The position numbers and the translations under genes are program-made. Under the pieces are notes generated by a model. It did no database searches, had not been told where the DNA came from, and saw nothing but the letters and a program-made list of their open reading frames with translations. DNA of 63,674 bases, the filler included, from Perkinsus olseni (lineage: Eukaryota): assembly GCA_013115125.1 (NCBI GenBank). It is 25 parts of 25 records of this genome, joined end to end, with 100 filler letters (N's around TTAATTAATTAA, not from the genome) between each part and the next. Parts side by side here need not be neighbours in the genome. Positions count along the whole stretch, not along the records: positions 23,368 to 25,851 come from JABANN010001567.1; positions 25,952 to 28,427 come from JABANN010001568.1; positions 28,528 to 30,971 come from JABANN010001569.1; positions 31,072 to 33,509 come from JABANN010001570.1; positions 33,610 to 36,039 come from JABANN010001571.1; positions 36,140 to 38,567 come from JABANN010001572.1; 19 more parts are not named here. The stretch is one strand, 5' to 3'. Shown here piece after piece: positions 24,380 to 37,091 of this stretch; within the stretch, counting starts at the first letter, position 1; the number at the start of each line of letters is the position of its first letter.

Positions 24380-25400
24380 TACCGTGGTGTGATGAGATGC
24401 GATTCGACCACCCACGACGAGAGGAGAGTGCGTGTGAGGTACAAAGAGACGGTCTCTTAGAGACTCTCTCTCAATCAACATCCAGCGCTGATTATGATTC
24501 GCCCATCATATAATATGATTCATATTTCAGGATCTCTAGATGGCGATGGTTTATTGGTACTGTGGGCGAAACAGATTTGATGTGCAAATTTGACTCGAAG
24601 CGCTATACTGGTCGGGGTCACCCCTTGATTAGCCGTGCGGCTATCTCCACAGATTACCGGGAGTACTTCGGTGGTAGGCTGGCAGTCTCTACCGGACTCT
24701 TTTTCTGGGTCGATTGGGAAGGCTTCCCCACGATGTGATGAACGCCGCACACTTCTACCAATGGCTGATAGAGAGCCGAGTTCCGGCCTTCTTTTGCGTC
24801 ATACATTCGGAGGCTAAACTGGAGTGCGAGATTCCTCGCAAATAGGCATTCATCGGTTCTTGTTGCCGGAAGCATTTGGAAGGATACCCAGCTGTATTTC
24901 CTCGGTGGGAATTTCGGCTGGTGTTCTGCTGTATGCAGCCGTGCCGTTTTATGAAAAATTTATGGGATGGGAAATTCTTTTCCGATGGGACCGTGAATCA
25001 ATACACGTATAGAAGCGTGTTCGAGGGGAATGTTTTCGCAGCGATTCGGGACATTATGTGAGAGCGCCATTGGTGCTGGCAACAAGACGGGGCAATCGTC
25101 TTGCTGTTAATGCTGGTTGGCAGCAAATACTGCAGAATCTATCGCGAAAGATCGTTGGCTTAGCAAGACTCCCGATCTCAACGTCATGAACTTTGAGATC
25201 TCGGGCCCCTTGCAGGCGCAGGTCTCGAGGTCGCGCTCCGAACAGCGGAATGTCCAGGACCTGAAGCGAGTTCTCACCGAGGCTTGGGATGCCACGGTTG
25301 CATTGCCACCCTACTTGCAAAACCCTACCTCAAAAGCTGCGCGAACTGCCATTATCGCAGTGCCATTAACAGGAACAAGTTTCCTGGAGCGCATCCCTCT
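24380..25400 (+). pseudogene. Decayed Tc1/mariner-superfamily transposase (maT/DD37D-like)
   Basis: Remnants WCDEMRF, TVNQYTY, WCWQQDGA, RWLSKTPDLNVMNF, NVQDLKRVLTEAW, with stops and frameshifts. Confidence 0.7.
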
Positions 25401-26021
25401 CCATTCGGACCAATCCCTAACTTATCAATGCAGGTCCAGTTATGGGGCAAGTTCAAGGACGAACGGGTTGTGATTTACTGATGCGGGAGCGTGCTCGGAG
25501 ACCTCCTCGTGGTGTTCCCGGAAACTTGCTCTCTTACAGGAAGATTTTTTTCTCTAGTATTATGGAGGGCTTCTGGACTGTCTTCACCATTGGTGGACCT
25601 CTAATGGCCAATGCTGCATTGCCTGTGTTAACCCACAGAACATAGGGCGTGCTGTAACACCCATCATGGCTTGGTGGTTAGAAAGACAGTTCCCAGGAGC
25701 GTCACAGGTTTCGACGATCCAGCTGGTTATACTTGGTATCGAAGCACGCTGGCCGTCGCTTGAACAACTCCGAGGAGCCTTCAACGGTGGGTGGCACGCG
25801 GTCACTAGTAAACCCAACACGAGAGGCAGAACCTCAACTTTGTGAAGAAACNNNNNNNNNNNNNNNNNNNNNNNNNNNNNNNNNNNNNNNNNNNNTTAAT
25901 TAATTAANNNNNNNNNNNNNNNNNNNNNNNNNNNNNNNNNNNNNNNNNNNNTCTCCATCGCAGCCCAATATCTCCGGATCTTGTGTTACACTTCTAGCAG
26001 CTCAGCTGCGAGTGTTGCTAG

Positions 26022-28244
26022 GTGGAAGGCTGGTTACCCCCGTGGGCGACTAGGACGGTTGGTCTATCCGCTGCCCTGCATGGGGCCCTTCTGGCCCCAG
26101 TGCTTGGGACGGACGTATCGGAGTTAGAGCGTTGTGAAGATGTGAACTTCCTGGCCACGGCCCAATGGTTCCCTGAGGCCGGTGCTACGTATTGCCGCGT
26201 CTGTCGTGAGCTTTATGTGGTCGAGGGACTTCGCCGCTTTGGGACGGAGAATATTCCCTTGGAGGAGTTCAACGACGATGATCTCGCTCTTCTGGTAAAG
26301 GCCCATGCCCGTCACTCTGGCCGGATTCACTTCGAGGGTTGTGCTAAGGACGCTGGTAATAGGTCGGGTTTGTCCGCGTGTCTGTATTTTTATGTGGATC
26401 ACCCCGTCCTGTTCTCGATGACCGTTCAAGACATCTTATTGGGTAGCGACCAGTTGGATGAGAGCCTCTTCGAATTGGCCGGTCATGTTCGCCTTGTGAT
26501 GTTGTCGCTCGGTCGTCGTGGTATGATGGTCCTCCCTAACATAGGCCGGTTGATTATGTGGGTTGCGCCAAACGAGGTGGCTGCGGTCGGTAGCGAGACG
26601 GTTTTCTTGGCCCCCGGTGAGTGCCTCTATGATGAGGAGTTGGCTAACGTTGGAGGACGCCTAGCTCAGGCCGGTTATGACTCGCTCTGTACTGGTACTT
26701 TACGCTCCAATAGGCGAAGGCCGGATCCCCCGTCAAGAGCTCCTCCACCACTTCCCGTCTCGAGAACTGCGCTGCCCCCTTGTCCGTTTGCGGCTGCTCC
26801 CAGGTCGGAGGTTGCGGATGGTGCGGTACGCCCGACGACGACTGGCTCCTTGGTTGTTGTTCCGACTTCGGCTGCTATGAACGGGTTGGCTTCCTGGTCG
26901 TTGGTCGCCCCTTCGACCGACTCTTCGTTTGTTCTGCCTCCGACGGAGTCTTCGTATACGGTCGGTTCGTCGGTGATGATTCCTCCGTCGACAAGGTCGG
27001 TTGGTTCTTCCTTCGTGATGCCTAGGACGGAGAGGTCGGTGAATATTCCACCGACGGTGGCCGAAGCCGATGCCGGGACGGAGTCACCCGGGAGATTGGA
27101 GGAGGAAGCTCAAGGAGTCGATTCGCAAGCACTAGTACCAGTAAGGCCGGATGCTTCTGCCGAGGTTCCTGTCCTGTTATTTCATCACACGGTGGATCTG
27201 GACGCGTCATCGGTTTTAAGGTCGGCTGGCTTGGTTCCTCCAAGGACGGTTACATCTCCCTTCCGAGGCCGGTTTTATCCTATGTGTCATTTCCTTCCTC
27301 ATGGTGACGGTCGCCGTGTGGGTAATGTGGACTGGCTGGATGAGTACAGGGTTATGATGCCGAACGATGAGACCAACCCGGATCCTGCCCCCTTTGCCAG
27401 AGAGTTGGACGGTTACTGGGATGCCTTATTCCCTATCGTAGGACGGACTTGTGGTGAACGTCTTACGAGAAGTTATACTGCGGTGCAGCACGACTTGGTG
27501 GCCGGGCTAGTTCCGAAGGCGTATGCTATAAGGCCGGACGAGATTGGTGAAGGTCATCCCTGTGACTTGTCGGGACGGGTATTGTCGGTTTCGGGTACGT
27601 TGGTGGCTAACGACAACCCCTATTCGTGGCCATGGACCTTATCCGCTACCGATTTGCTTAGGTGGGCTTTGGATGGACGGATTCCTGTGTTGTCCGTTTG
27701 CCTGTTTACTCGTTATGGCAGCGTCTCGAGCGACTGCACCAACGAGGCCGGGTTGCTGTTTTGCTGTCGTCGACACGCCGAACAGTCCATTGTGCTGCTG
27801 CAACAGTTGGCGGTTCATCGTCCTTTCCGCTCCGGGTCGGTTCTCTTTGTGACTCGTCATAAGAGGTCCTGGAGTTTGGACGTTGGCCGGGACTTCCTTA
27901 CGGGACGGCAGCAGCTGGTCGGTCTATCTCCGGCGGAAATGGCGACTACTTGGGTGTATCGTCATCTGTTTGTTCAAGGACGGTCTTCGGCGGCGGATCC
28001 TCGCCAAAGGACGGTTGACAGTTACGACTCGGGCCGGATCCATTCTTGGCGTTGGGTCAGTGATTCGGCCGGCCAACAAGCTTATCATGGCGGAGCTCGT
28101 TATAGGTCGCTCAACAGTATTTTCAGGGATTATGGTGACCCCTTCGACGCCATAATGGCTGTACGTCGTGGTGAAGGACGGATGACTGCGAGGGACGAAG
28201 ACGAAGAGGCCGGGTTCATGAGACGTGGTGCGATGTGGCAGTAG
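26022..28244 (+). CDS. Uncharacterised intronless 740-aa ORF (no ATG at its start; probably 5' partial)
   Basis: Long open frame; CxxC near the N-terminus, Pro/Ser/Thr-rich linker, globular-looking C-terminal half; no family recognised. Confidence 0.6.
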   Translation: MEGWLPPWATRTVGLSAALHGALLAPVLGTDVSELERCEDVNFLATAQWFPEAGATYCRVCRELYVVEGLRRFGTENIPLEEFNDDDLALLVKAHARHSGRIHFEGCAKDAGNRSGLSACLYFYVDHPVLFSMTVQDILLGSDQLDESLFELAGHVRLVMLSLGRRGMMVLPNIGRLIMWVAPNEVAAVGSETVFLAPGECLYDEELANVGGRLAQAGYDSLCTGTLRSNRRRPDPPSRAPPPLPVSRTALPPCPFAAAPRSEVADGAVRPTTTGSLVVVPTSAAMNGLASWSLVAPSTDSSFVLPPTESSYTVGSSVMIPPSTRSVGSSFVMPRTERSVNIPPTVAEADAGTESPGRLEEEAQGVDSQALVPVRPDASAEVPVLLFHHTVDLDASSVLRSAGLVPPRTVTSPFRGRFYPMCHFLPHGDGRRVGNVDWLDEYRVMMPNDETNPDPAPFARELDGYWDALFPIVGRTCGERLTRSYTAVQHDLVAGLVPKAYAIRPDEIGEGHPCDLSGRVLSVSGTLVANDNPYSWPWTLSATDLLRWALDGRIPVLSVCLFTRYGSVSSDCTNEAGLLFCCRRHAEQSIVLLQQLAVHRPFRSGSVLFVTRHKRSWSLDVGRDFLTGRQQLVGLSPAEMATTWVYRHLFVQGRSSAADPRQRTVDSYDSGRIHSWRWVSDSAGQQAYHGGARYRSLNSIFRDYGDPFDAIMAVRRGEGRMTARDEDEEAGFMRRGAMWQ

Positions 28245-29974
28245 TTGAGAGGATTGCTGATAATTCGAGGCCGGTTGTGGCAGGTCGTTTCCCAACCAGG
28301 CCGGTTTGTGAAGTCGAGAGATTGTTGAAGTAGATTTATTTGATATCGTAATTGGGTACTTCCAATTCTGTACGACCCCAATACTGTACGACAGGCTGAT
28401 CTCGCTCGCCCTAAATTCGCCCCCCAANNNNNNNNNNNNNNNNNNNNNNNNNNNNNNNNNNNNNNNNNNNNTTAATTAATTAANNNNNNNNNNNNNNNNN
28501 NNNNNNNNNNNNNNNNNNNNNNNNNNNTGAATATCGTGGAAGGGGTTGAGACCGGACTAAGCCAAGACGCTCGAGATCGACTGTGCATTGAACATTTCCC
28601 TACTGATTTGTCATCATTTCTCTATCACTTTGATAACTATAACTTCGCTGAGTTCAACTCGGTCGAGTCGCGACCTTGCGTTGTGTTTCTTTCCTCCACG
28701 GCTTCCTCCTGTACCCCTCTTGCGGTGGGCAGACATCTCGCGTAGCATAGCACTACGCGACCGTCTATTGGACTTGCTCGCTGGAAGGCGGATATGCGAC
28801 TTCAATCGACGGCTAGCATTACGGGGCTGTCCATTGAGAGACATTATTCGTGTGGCCGGTGATTGGAGAGAGCCGCGAAATAGGTAGGCTGTTAACCATC
28901 AGGAACTCGAGAGGTTTTTGGTTGGAAGCTTGATATTCTGTCTTTAACTACACAGTGGAGGGGGATGGCAAGCGCATCGTATGGATGACCGAGGAAGTCG
29001 CGTCATCCTGTCGACGTGCGACTCCGTCTCCGTTTTGGGCTGTCAAAATCGAACACACTGTAGTTCCCTCCGAATGTCGTGGGGTTCCTATGAACTCCAC
29101 CACGACATTGCCGATTTCCGATTGACTATGAGGCGGCGAAACTTTCACCGCGAAAGATAACAATCTGTAATCGTCCTGAACACCATGGCCAGAACGCTTG
29201 GCGTATGCATGAGATTATGCCTGTACTGCACAATAATTGTCCCAAGTTTTTCCTGTGACAATCTTTTTGCTTTTACTTGCGCATTATTCCGATGATATTG
29301 TTACAGTCTTGTCAAAGAAAATTGTCTGGAGATCATTGGCAAAAGCAACAAATTCACTATGTAGTAATGCTTTGCTTCACACTTACTCGACGACTATCGT
29401 TCTCGAGTACTCTCCGGGCACTTTTTTGACAGTAGATAAGCTCGTGTAAAGCTTGCGACAATAGAGTCACTCTATTGTCACTCTACTAGAGTGCTACAAA
29501 GGCGCATTCAGTGTTAACATGGGGCTACGAATTTTTCACGCCGCAGCAGGAATTCTGATTCAGAATCCCCGCTTATCCAGGCTTGTAGGACTATTCTGAA
29601 CACAACGGCGAGTAGTGATCCGAGACCCAAGACAGGCAAGTGGACCAAGACCAAGACCGCGTACTGTGCGGCCTACAACGACGAAAGCTATACATGGAGG
29701 CATACAGTGCTCAGTGGCTGAAAGCCACTGAGGAGCAGGACATAGCGACGGATACCATCCACGAATCCGCCATGATAGGAAAATGGCGGCATAGTTCCCG
29801 GGTAGAGCTAGGTCCCGGGTTGTCCCGGGCAGAATTGTCCTACGTGAGAAGCATGACAAATTCCCATCTGCAGCAAATGGGTCCACATGAATGAGTTGAG
29901 ACGTTACCGGAACTCCAACGTTCCGTTGTTGAATAGGTCCGCAGTGATTTTACGTAGAGGTTCAAATTGAACCT

Positions 29975-30799
29975 CTACGTAAAATCACTGAACCGTTCAA
30001 TCTTCACCGGGTCATCGAAATCAGTGCTGGCTTCGTGAGGGGGCAGTTCAGCCTGATCAGGCAGTCCCAGATAGTAGAAGAAGATCTTATCTCCCTTGTC
30101 ATACGCGAAGTGTCCCCGTGTCCTGACAAGATCCTGCGAGTAGGAACGGTGAGAACAGGTGAAGTTCATATACTGCAATGAGAGACGCGTGTCTCGCTTG
30201 AAAGCCTCACATGTTCCAGTATGATACGCATAGGCTTTCGAGTCGGTGAGAACGTACATTGTTATAGAGGGATCCATGACGACGCTAACAGTATCATTAT
30301 TGAGGGTCGCCGAATAGATTGTGTCCCGATAGGAAACCTGGGAGTCGGAATCAAATACCGAACTGCACGAAGCACTGACGTCCTCCAGCTCCTCACAATC
30401 CCTTGTAAACTCGAAAGCGTCTCCTCCGTCTATTGGTTGTAAATAGAGCACACCGGAGTCAACTTCAAGCTCGAATTCAAAAGAGAAATAGGGGAACAGC
30501 TTGAAGCCTTCTTCTTTCCCATAACGCTTCAAAATAACCCACCCGTCATCGATTGTTACGTCGTCGTATATAAAGACGAACTTGTGGCCTCCGGAGCCTA
30601 CATAATTCAACATAGCGTAAGGGGGCTTGTACTGGAATAGCAGGCAGTCATGCCTCGAGTTGTTGAGGGGTCTCGTGAGACAGTAAATTTACCTCCCCGG
30701 CTGTAGTGCCACGGTAGCAGGGACCATGTGCAGCAGCAGCAGTAATAGTATTTGCAGTAGAAGTCGGCCCTGTTGTGGTAGGACGAGGCGAGATGACAT
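29975..30799 (-). pseudogene. Secreted hypothetical protein with one in-frame TAA after the signal peptide
   Basis: MSSRLVLPQQGRLLLQILLLLLLHMVPATVALQPGR*IYC... is in frame with the 212-aa ORF. Confidence 0.55.
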
Positions 30800-31071
30800 T
30801 GGGTTATGAAATGCTCACGCTGCGTGAGACACGCAATGGTCAACTTGAGATCTGAGGCGATACACTCTTCTACTAAATCGTCATAGTAGTAGCTGAGCAG
30901 ACGCGTGCAGCGCCTGAGCTGTTCAGTTTGAGCCGCAGCCATGCCGTGCGTGACGTCACAGCCGCTGAGTGNNNNNNNNNNNNNNNNNNNNNNNNNNNNN
31001 NNNNNNNNNNNNNNNTTAATTAATTAANNNNNNNNNNNNNNNNNNNNNNNNNNNNNNNNNNNNNNNNNNNN

Positions 31072-31983
31072 GTGCTCTGACTCGGGATGCTTGTGTGGTT
31101 CCGCCGGTAGCTCCATGCCATCAGCTAGCTTGGCAGATCCGCTAGTCAAGTGGGAGCGCAAGGCTGAGAAAGCTCGGGTACCGCACGTCGATGGAGATTC
31201 TCACCTACCTGGGGCAACCTCAGTAGCATCGGCTGAAGTACCATAACTCCTCAGAGTGGCTTCCAAATCTGCCAGTTCGGCGATGTCATCGTCCTCAGCG
31301 CCGAGCTGAGCAGAGCAAACTGGCCACCATCCCACACACACTAAACGCCTCCTACCGCAGTGGCTACTCCTCTCCCCCTCTGCAGAGCATCGTACCCGTA
31401 GCTACGTTGGCTGTATCGACTTCCGGCGGACGAAGCATCGGAACGAAACGAATAAAAGGACTTGGGGCTCTTGTCGTAAGCAACATAGTCATTGTCGAAT
31501 GGGGCCTTGGCTGAGGCACTCTCCTCTCCGAGGCGGAGGATCTCACGACGCCCAGCTCGACTGCGGTGACTTGCATCGGATACACTAGATACCTATACAG
31601 TAAACCTCTCAGAGAGTAATGGAACACACAGAATGAAAATCTGAAATCTCAGACTCACCTGACTTGGGGCGGGTGAAGGGGGAGTCTCACAAGGCCTGTT
31701 CGCACGTATGAGGATCTTGGCCAACTCCGTGAAGTGGACCCCGCGAGCCTTCTCGTTATGGGTGAGCAGCACGACGACCTCCTCAGGAACTCCAATGCCC
31801 ATAATCTCGAGCTCTTCCAAAAACCTGGCCCACTGGTCGACACGCAAGCCTGTTCCCACTGCGTGCATACCTTCTGGTAGTGATATGACCATAATCCCAT
31901 CTCTCGAAGAGCCGTTTCACACCTGGGCCTTTGGAATCCCAGAACTCCTCAGAGGGACTCGGGTGAGTTCGATTTACTACCAT
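31072..31983 (-). CDS. Hypothetical protein, multi-exon, 3' partial
   Basis: GT-AG introns join VKRLFERWDYGHITTR/RFLEELEIMGI...HFTELAKIL in frame. Confidence 0.5.
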
Positions 31984-32590
31984 GATCCTCTAGGTAAAGA
32001 GCTACAATACGTCACACGAGGGTTCAAACAAAACTCAGGTCACCCTCTAATGAACTGCATCCTACTACTACTAAGCAGTTCGGGCTTCAGAACAGGCACA
32101 AGCCCCTCATGCACACGACAAATTCTCCAGACCAATACCCTCAAAGCCTCTGCAGCGGCAACATAATTTACAACGCAATAAAAATATCTGAGGAACGTTA
32201 AAGTCTACTTCTGATTGAGAGACTAGCAGAATAGCACGTCCAGTGAGCACACACTCAGGAGCTTTCCTCCTGATGTTGAGTGACGAAAAATATAACGATG
32301 AATACAGGATCAAAACCATACTTATATCTGTGGTGTTGTGGTGGTGAATGAGAGGACAGACAACTTCGCTGTACTGGACGAAATAGTGTGTATAGAGAAG
32401 GTTAAATGAGATCTTGAAATAGCAGTGAAAAGTCGATGAACACGCTATCAAACAAAGAGGTTTATCGTTGCAGTTATCCACAGGAGAACATTTATACTTA
32501 CAAAAACGATGGTCAAAAGGGGCCACAATCTCCTGCTGCTGTTCTCTTTCTTTTGCAAGGCAGCATAAACCAAACCCGGGAATCCACAGA

Positions 32591-33509
32591 CTAGCGGAGC
32601 TGCCAAGTAAGACGAAATGGAGCCGATGAACGAGGCAACATTGGGAACCTGACAGTCAAGGGATTTGAATCTGGCACAATAAAACCAGACAACTCACCAT
32701 AAGAGCGATGAGAGTACAAAAGGTAATAGAGAAGAAAGGAGCGCCATATTGCATTAGCACTGACTCGACACCAACGGCCGACTCGATCCAACGGCAGAAC
32801 ACGAAGAAGGGATTCCTCACTGGGGAATCATCAACCTACCAATAAGACGTATACATCTCATGGTCTGAGAGCCGCTGTTCAGCTTACTGTTCCCTTGCCC
32901 GCCCCCAGCTCAAGAGCTTTGTAGAAGCCAGCTAGTCCAGGTAAAAGGTTCATCGGGCCGGCCACGAGCAGCATGACAGTCAGGCCTATACGACAAGCGA
33001 GAATGAGGTGGTCTCCAGACGGATAGTTCTGCATGAAGTTAGGCTTAGTGTCGGTAAGGAACGACAAGTACCTTAACAAGAAACATGTTGTATACCCACA
33101 CTGAGGATATGTCTTCTTACACTGCGATACCCATACCCAAGTAGATGAAGGTAAGAACAACACCAGCTATCACATTAGACATCGTACGTCTCATCGTAGT
33201 CGGCCGGGACCTAAGAAGCCACCCAAAAATGACAATGCCTATAGACGAAAAGCGGAAGACGATGAAAACCATCTTACATTTCAGCTGCCACTTTTACAGA
33301 TGGGACTTGGTTCATCAGCCCAAACATGCACACAGCAAAGGTACTGAATGTGCTCATATTCACCCTGGCCTCCGATACACTCATTGAGAGACGTGCCTAG
33401 GGAAAGAAACAATGCAGATAGTTCAACTCGATTGGTTGAGAACAATGTACCTCATCGCCGTGCTCCTCGGTGAGGGTAGGTGCTCTGATGAGCACCACGG
33501 TAGCCGTCA
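32591..33509 (-). CDS. Amino-acid transporter (AAAP/SLC38-like), multi-exon, partial; 3' boundary approximate
   Basis: FAVCMFGLMNQ, IYLGMGIA/YLSF..TKPNFMQNYP..D.LILACR...LLVAGPMNLLP. Confidence 0.75.
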
Positions 33510-35121
33510 NNNNNNNNNNNNNNNNNNNNNNNNNNNNNNNNNNNNNNNNNNNNTTAATTAATTAANNNNNNNNNNNNNNNNNNNNNNNNNNNNNNNNNNN
33601 NNNNNNNNNTGTCGTTCAGTACAGCATCGACAGATACAGTGACAAGTCGTACAGTATCCAGTCATAAACTGACAACTCGCAAAGTATCCAGCGGTACGAG
33701 CTTCATTCGAACAGCATTGTTCGGTACAGGTGCCTGTTTATAAAAATCGCGGCAATTTTCCACAGTACTGATTTCGACGGAAATAGCTCCTGAAGATTAC
33801 TCGAACCTATGCCACTTCAAGATTGAACCGCTATCCAAACCAACTCACCCGACGAGCCATGCCAAATTCCGAAGACAAGGGGGTCCAGAACCGAGTAGGT
33901 ATTTATTTGAGAATGGAATCGCGAAACCCAGCTTGGTGAGGGGGGTTCACACTCCTGAGTCTGGAGTCCAAAGCATAGACGCAGAGGGCCCAGAAAAAAG
34001 TGCGACCCAGCGAGAGACTTCAATTCCTCTGTAACTATTCATGAATGTCAGACTGGCATGGCAGCGGCGGCTCGCGTATGAAAATTCCGAGAAGTACGAA
34101 AATGCGCTGTACGGAATGATTCCGTAGAACCCCAGAAGTCTTCCTCTTGACCCGTGGAAGGTTCCCGGTTTCATCCTGTCTGACATTCCTCAGGCGATCT
34201 CTTTACTCAGGGCTCCTAATACCATGTATTTGTGAGGCGCCGGGGAGTGTGATAAGCGATGGTTATCCGTTCACTTCGCTCCGCTAACGCAATCTGCGAT
34301 GATGCCAACATCATGATGGAGACAGCGTAAGGCTAGTCCATAGCCTAGCTAACTGTGCTCCTACAATTTCAAGTGTGTACAAGTTAAGCTTCATATAAGT
34401 TTACTTAACTCGTGTTCTCAATCCTCAAGTACAGTGACCCTGGTATTTTTTTATTTGATCTGAGATTTTACCAAGTAGGTCTGGAAATGCTGTAGTAGAA
34501 GGCGGCACGCAATCACTCAGCGGTGATCCATTTTGGCGTGTCTCCCAATTATCATCCCTCAGACCATCGTCCCAGGGTTGTATTAGTAATTTTACCCCCA
34601 CTGTATGACTCAACGTGCAACGAATAATAGGCCTGCACTATAACTCAGTACAGTATGGCTGTTTGGCACGGGGCTCAAAGAAAGGTAGAACCGGACTCAA
34701 GAGGAGCTAAGCAATAACGTGATCTGTAGCTCGCTAAGGTTAGTGTAGCACGTACACTCATGCAAGGCGCAGAATGCGATCAGACGATTATCCGATACTA
34801 ATGGTACGCAGTAGCAGTAGAGGTAAGTGCAGCGATGATAGTCTAACAGCTGAGTAGCACTGATCAGGGCTGTAGCTGTTACATAGCGTACACTATATTC
34901 CTCACCATGTTGTCACTATGGTGCAGGCGAACGCGATTCGTGCGTACGTGCGCGAACAGGTTGGTTACCTGAGCAAGTTCTCGTGCGGTTCCTGTTGACT
35001 CTTTACCCTGACTCAGGGGCCCTGAGGTATACTTAGACTCTCTGAAGATGTAGTGCTACCTCAAGCATAGGCAGAATTGGACACTAATAGTCTTATTTGG
35101 CCGTTGCCTTTGCCGTCTGAG

Positions 35122-36039
<918 letters not shown>

Positions 36040-36401
36040 NNNNNNNNNNNNNNNNNNNNNNNNNNNNNNNNNNNNNNNNNNNNTTAATTAATTAANNNNN
36101 NNNNNNNNNNNNNNNNNNNNNNNNNNNNNNNNNNNNNNNATCGATTCTATGCTCAGCCGAAAAAGAGCTAAGTCCACAGCAATGAACGTCGAGTTGGACA
36201 ATCTCGAGCAGCTCTGGCGCACCTATCCACGGCCAGCCTGGCTACCTGATCTAGGCCCTATGATGATGCCACTCGCGTTTTATTCAGCTGACTATTGGAG
36301 CCTGCAGATTGAAGACTGATCGAACTTCCGTCTTTCTCGGAGCCGAACTGAGCGCGGGTTCCAGTCGTTGAATCGACCATCAGCTTCGTTTTTTAGCAAG
36401 C

Positions 36402-37091
36402 ATGAAGTTCTTCACCGTGAAGGCTCCACTCATCATCTCTCTCGTCGTTGCTATTCAGGACGATGACCCTCAGGACACCGCTGTGGGAATGTCCAACTTC
36501 GATGGCGACGCAAGGAAGCGCTACTTGTTCCATGATGACTCAGTCGTCAGTGCTCTAGGTCACCTCGCCGGTCGTTCTCTGACAAGCGATGCTCTCCGCT
36601 TCCTGCAAGGCGGCAACGGTGGTGCTGGTGGTAATGGCGGTAATGGCGGTCCGGCCGGTGCTGGCGGTAATGGTGGTCGTGGCGGCGGCGGTCAAGCTGG
36701 CGGGAACGGCGGCAATGGCGGCCGCGGTGGCGACAATGATGGGGGCCGCGGAGGTACTGGCGGCGCCGGCGGCGCTTCCGGCCCCCTCGGCCCTGGTGGC
36801 GCCGGCGGTGATGGCGGCAATGGTGGTCGTGGCAGTGGCGAAGGTTCTGGCGGTGCCGGTGGTAATGGCGGCAGAGGTGGCAGTAATCAAGGCGGCAGAG
36901 GTGGTGCTGGCGGTAATGGTGGTATGTACGGCCCAGACGGTGATGGAGGTAATGGCGGTAATGGCGGCAACGGTGCTGATAATAACGGTGGAGACGGCGG
37001 CCCAGGCGGTAGGGGTGGCAATAGCGGTGGCGGAGACGGCGGTAATGGTGGCAACGGCGCCCCTAATGGTCGCATCCTTTTCTTCGAATGA
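36402..37091 (+). CDS. Secreted Gly-rich protein with PGRS-like GGxGGx repeats
   Basis: 229 aa; hydrophobic N-terminus; about 150 aa of GGAGGNGG-type triplets with varied Gly codons. Confidence 0.8.
   Translation: MKFFTVKAPLIISLVVAIQDDDPQDTAVGMSNFDGDARKRYLFHDDSVVSALGHLAGRSLTSDALRFLQGGNGGAGGNGGNGGPAGAGGNGGRGGGGQAGGNGGNGGRGGDNDGGRGGTGGAGGASGPLGPGGAGGDGGNGGRGSGEGSGGAGGNGGRGGSNQGGRGGAGGNGGMYGPDGDGGNGGNGGNGADNNGGDGGPGGRGGNSGGGDGGNGGNGAPNGRILFFE

Noticed and set aside
31960-31980. B-box-like GAGTTCGATT (similar at 13715-13726)
   Set aside because: Falls inside coding exons with no other tRNA features.
35012-35026. Isolated 7-bp-arm palindromes (also near 24445)
   Set aside because: A few are expected by chance in 60 kb.
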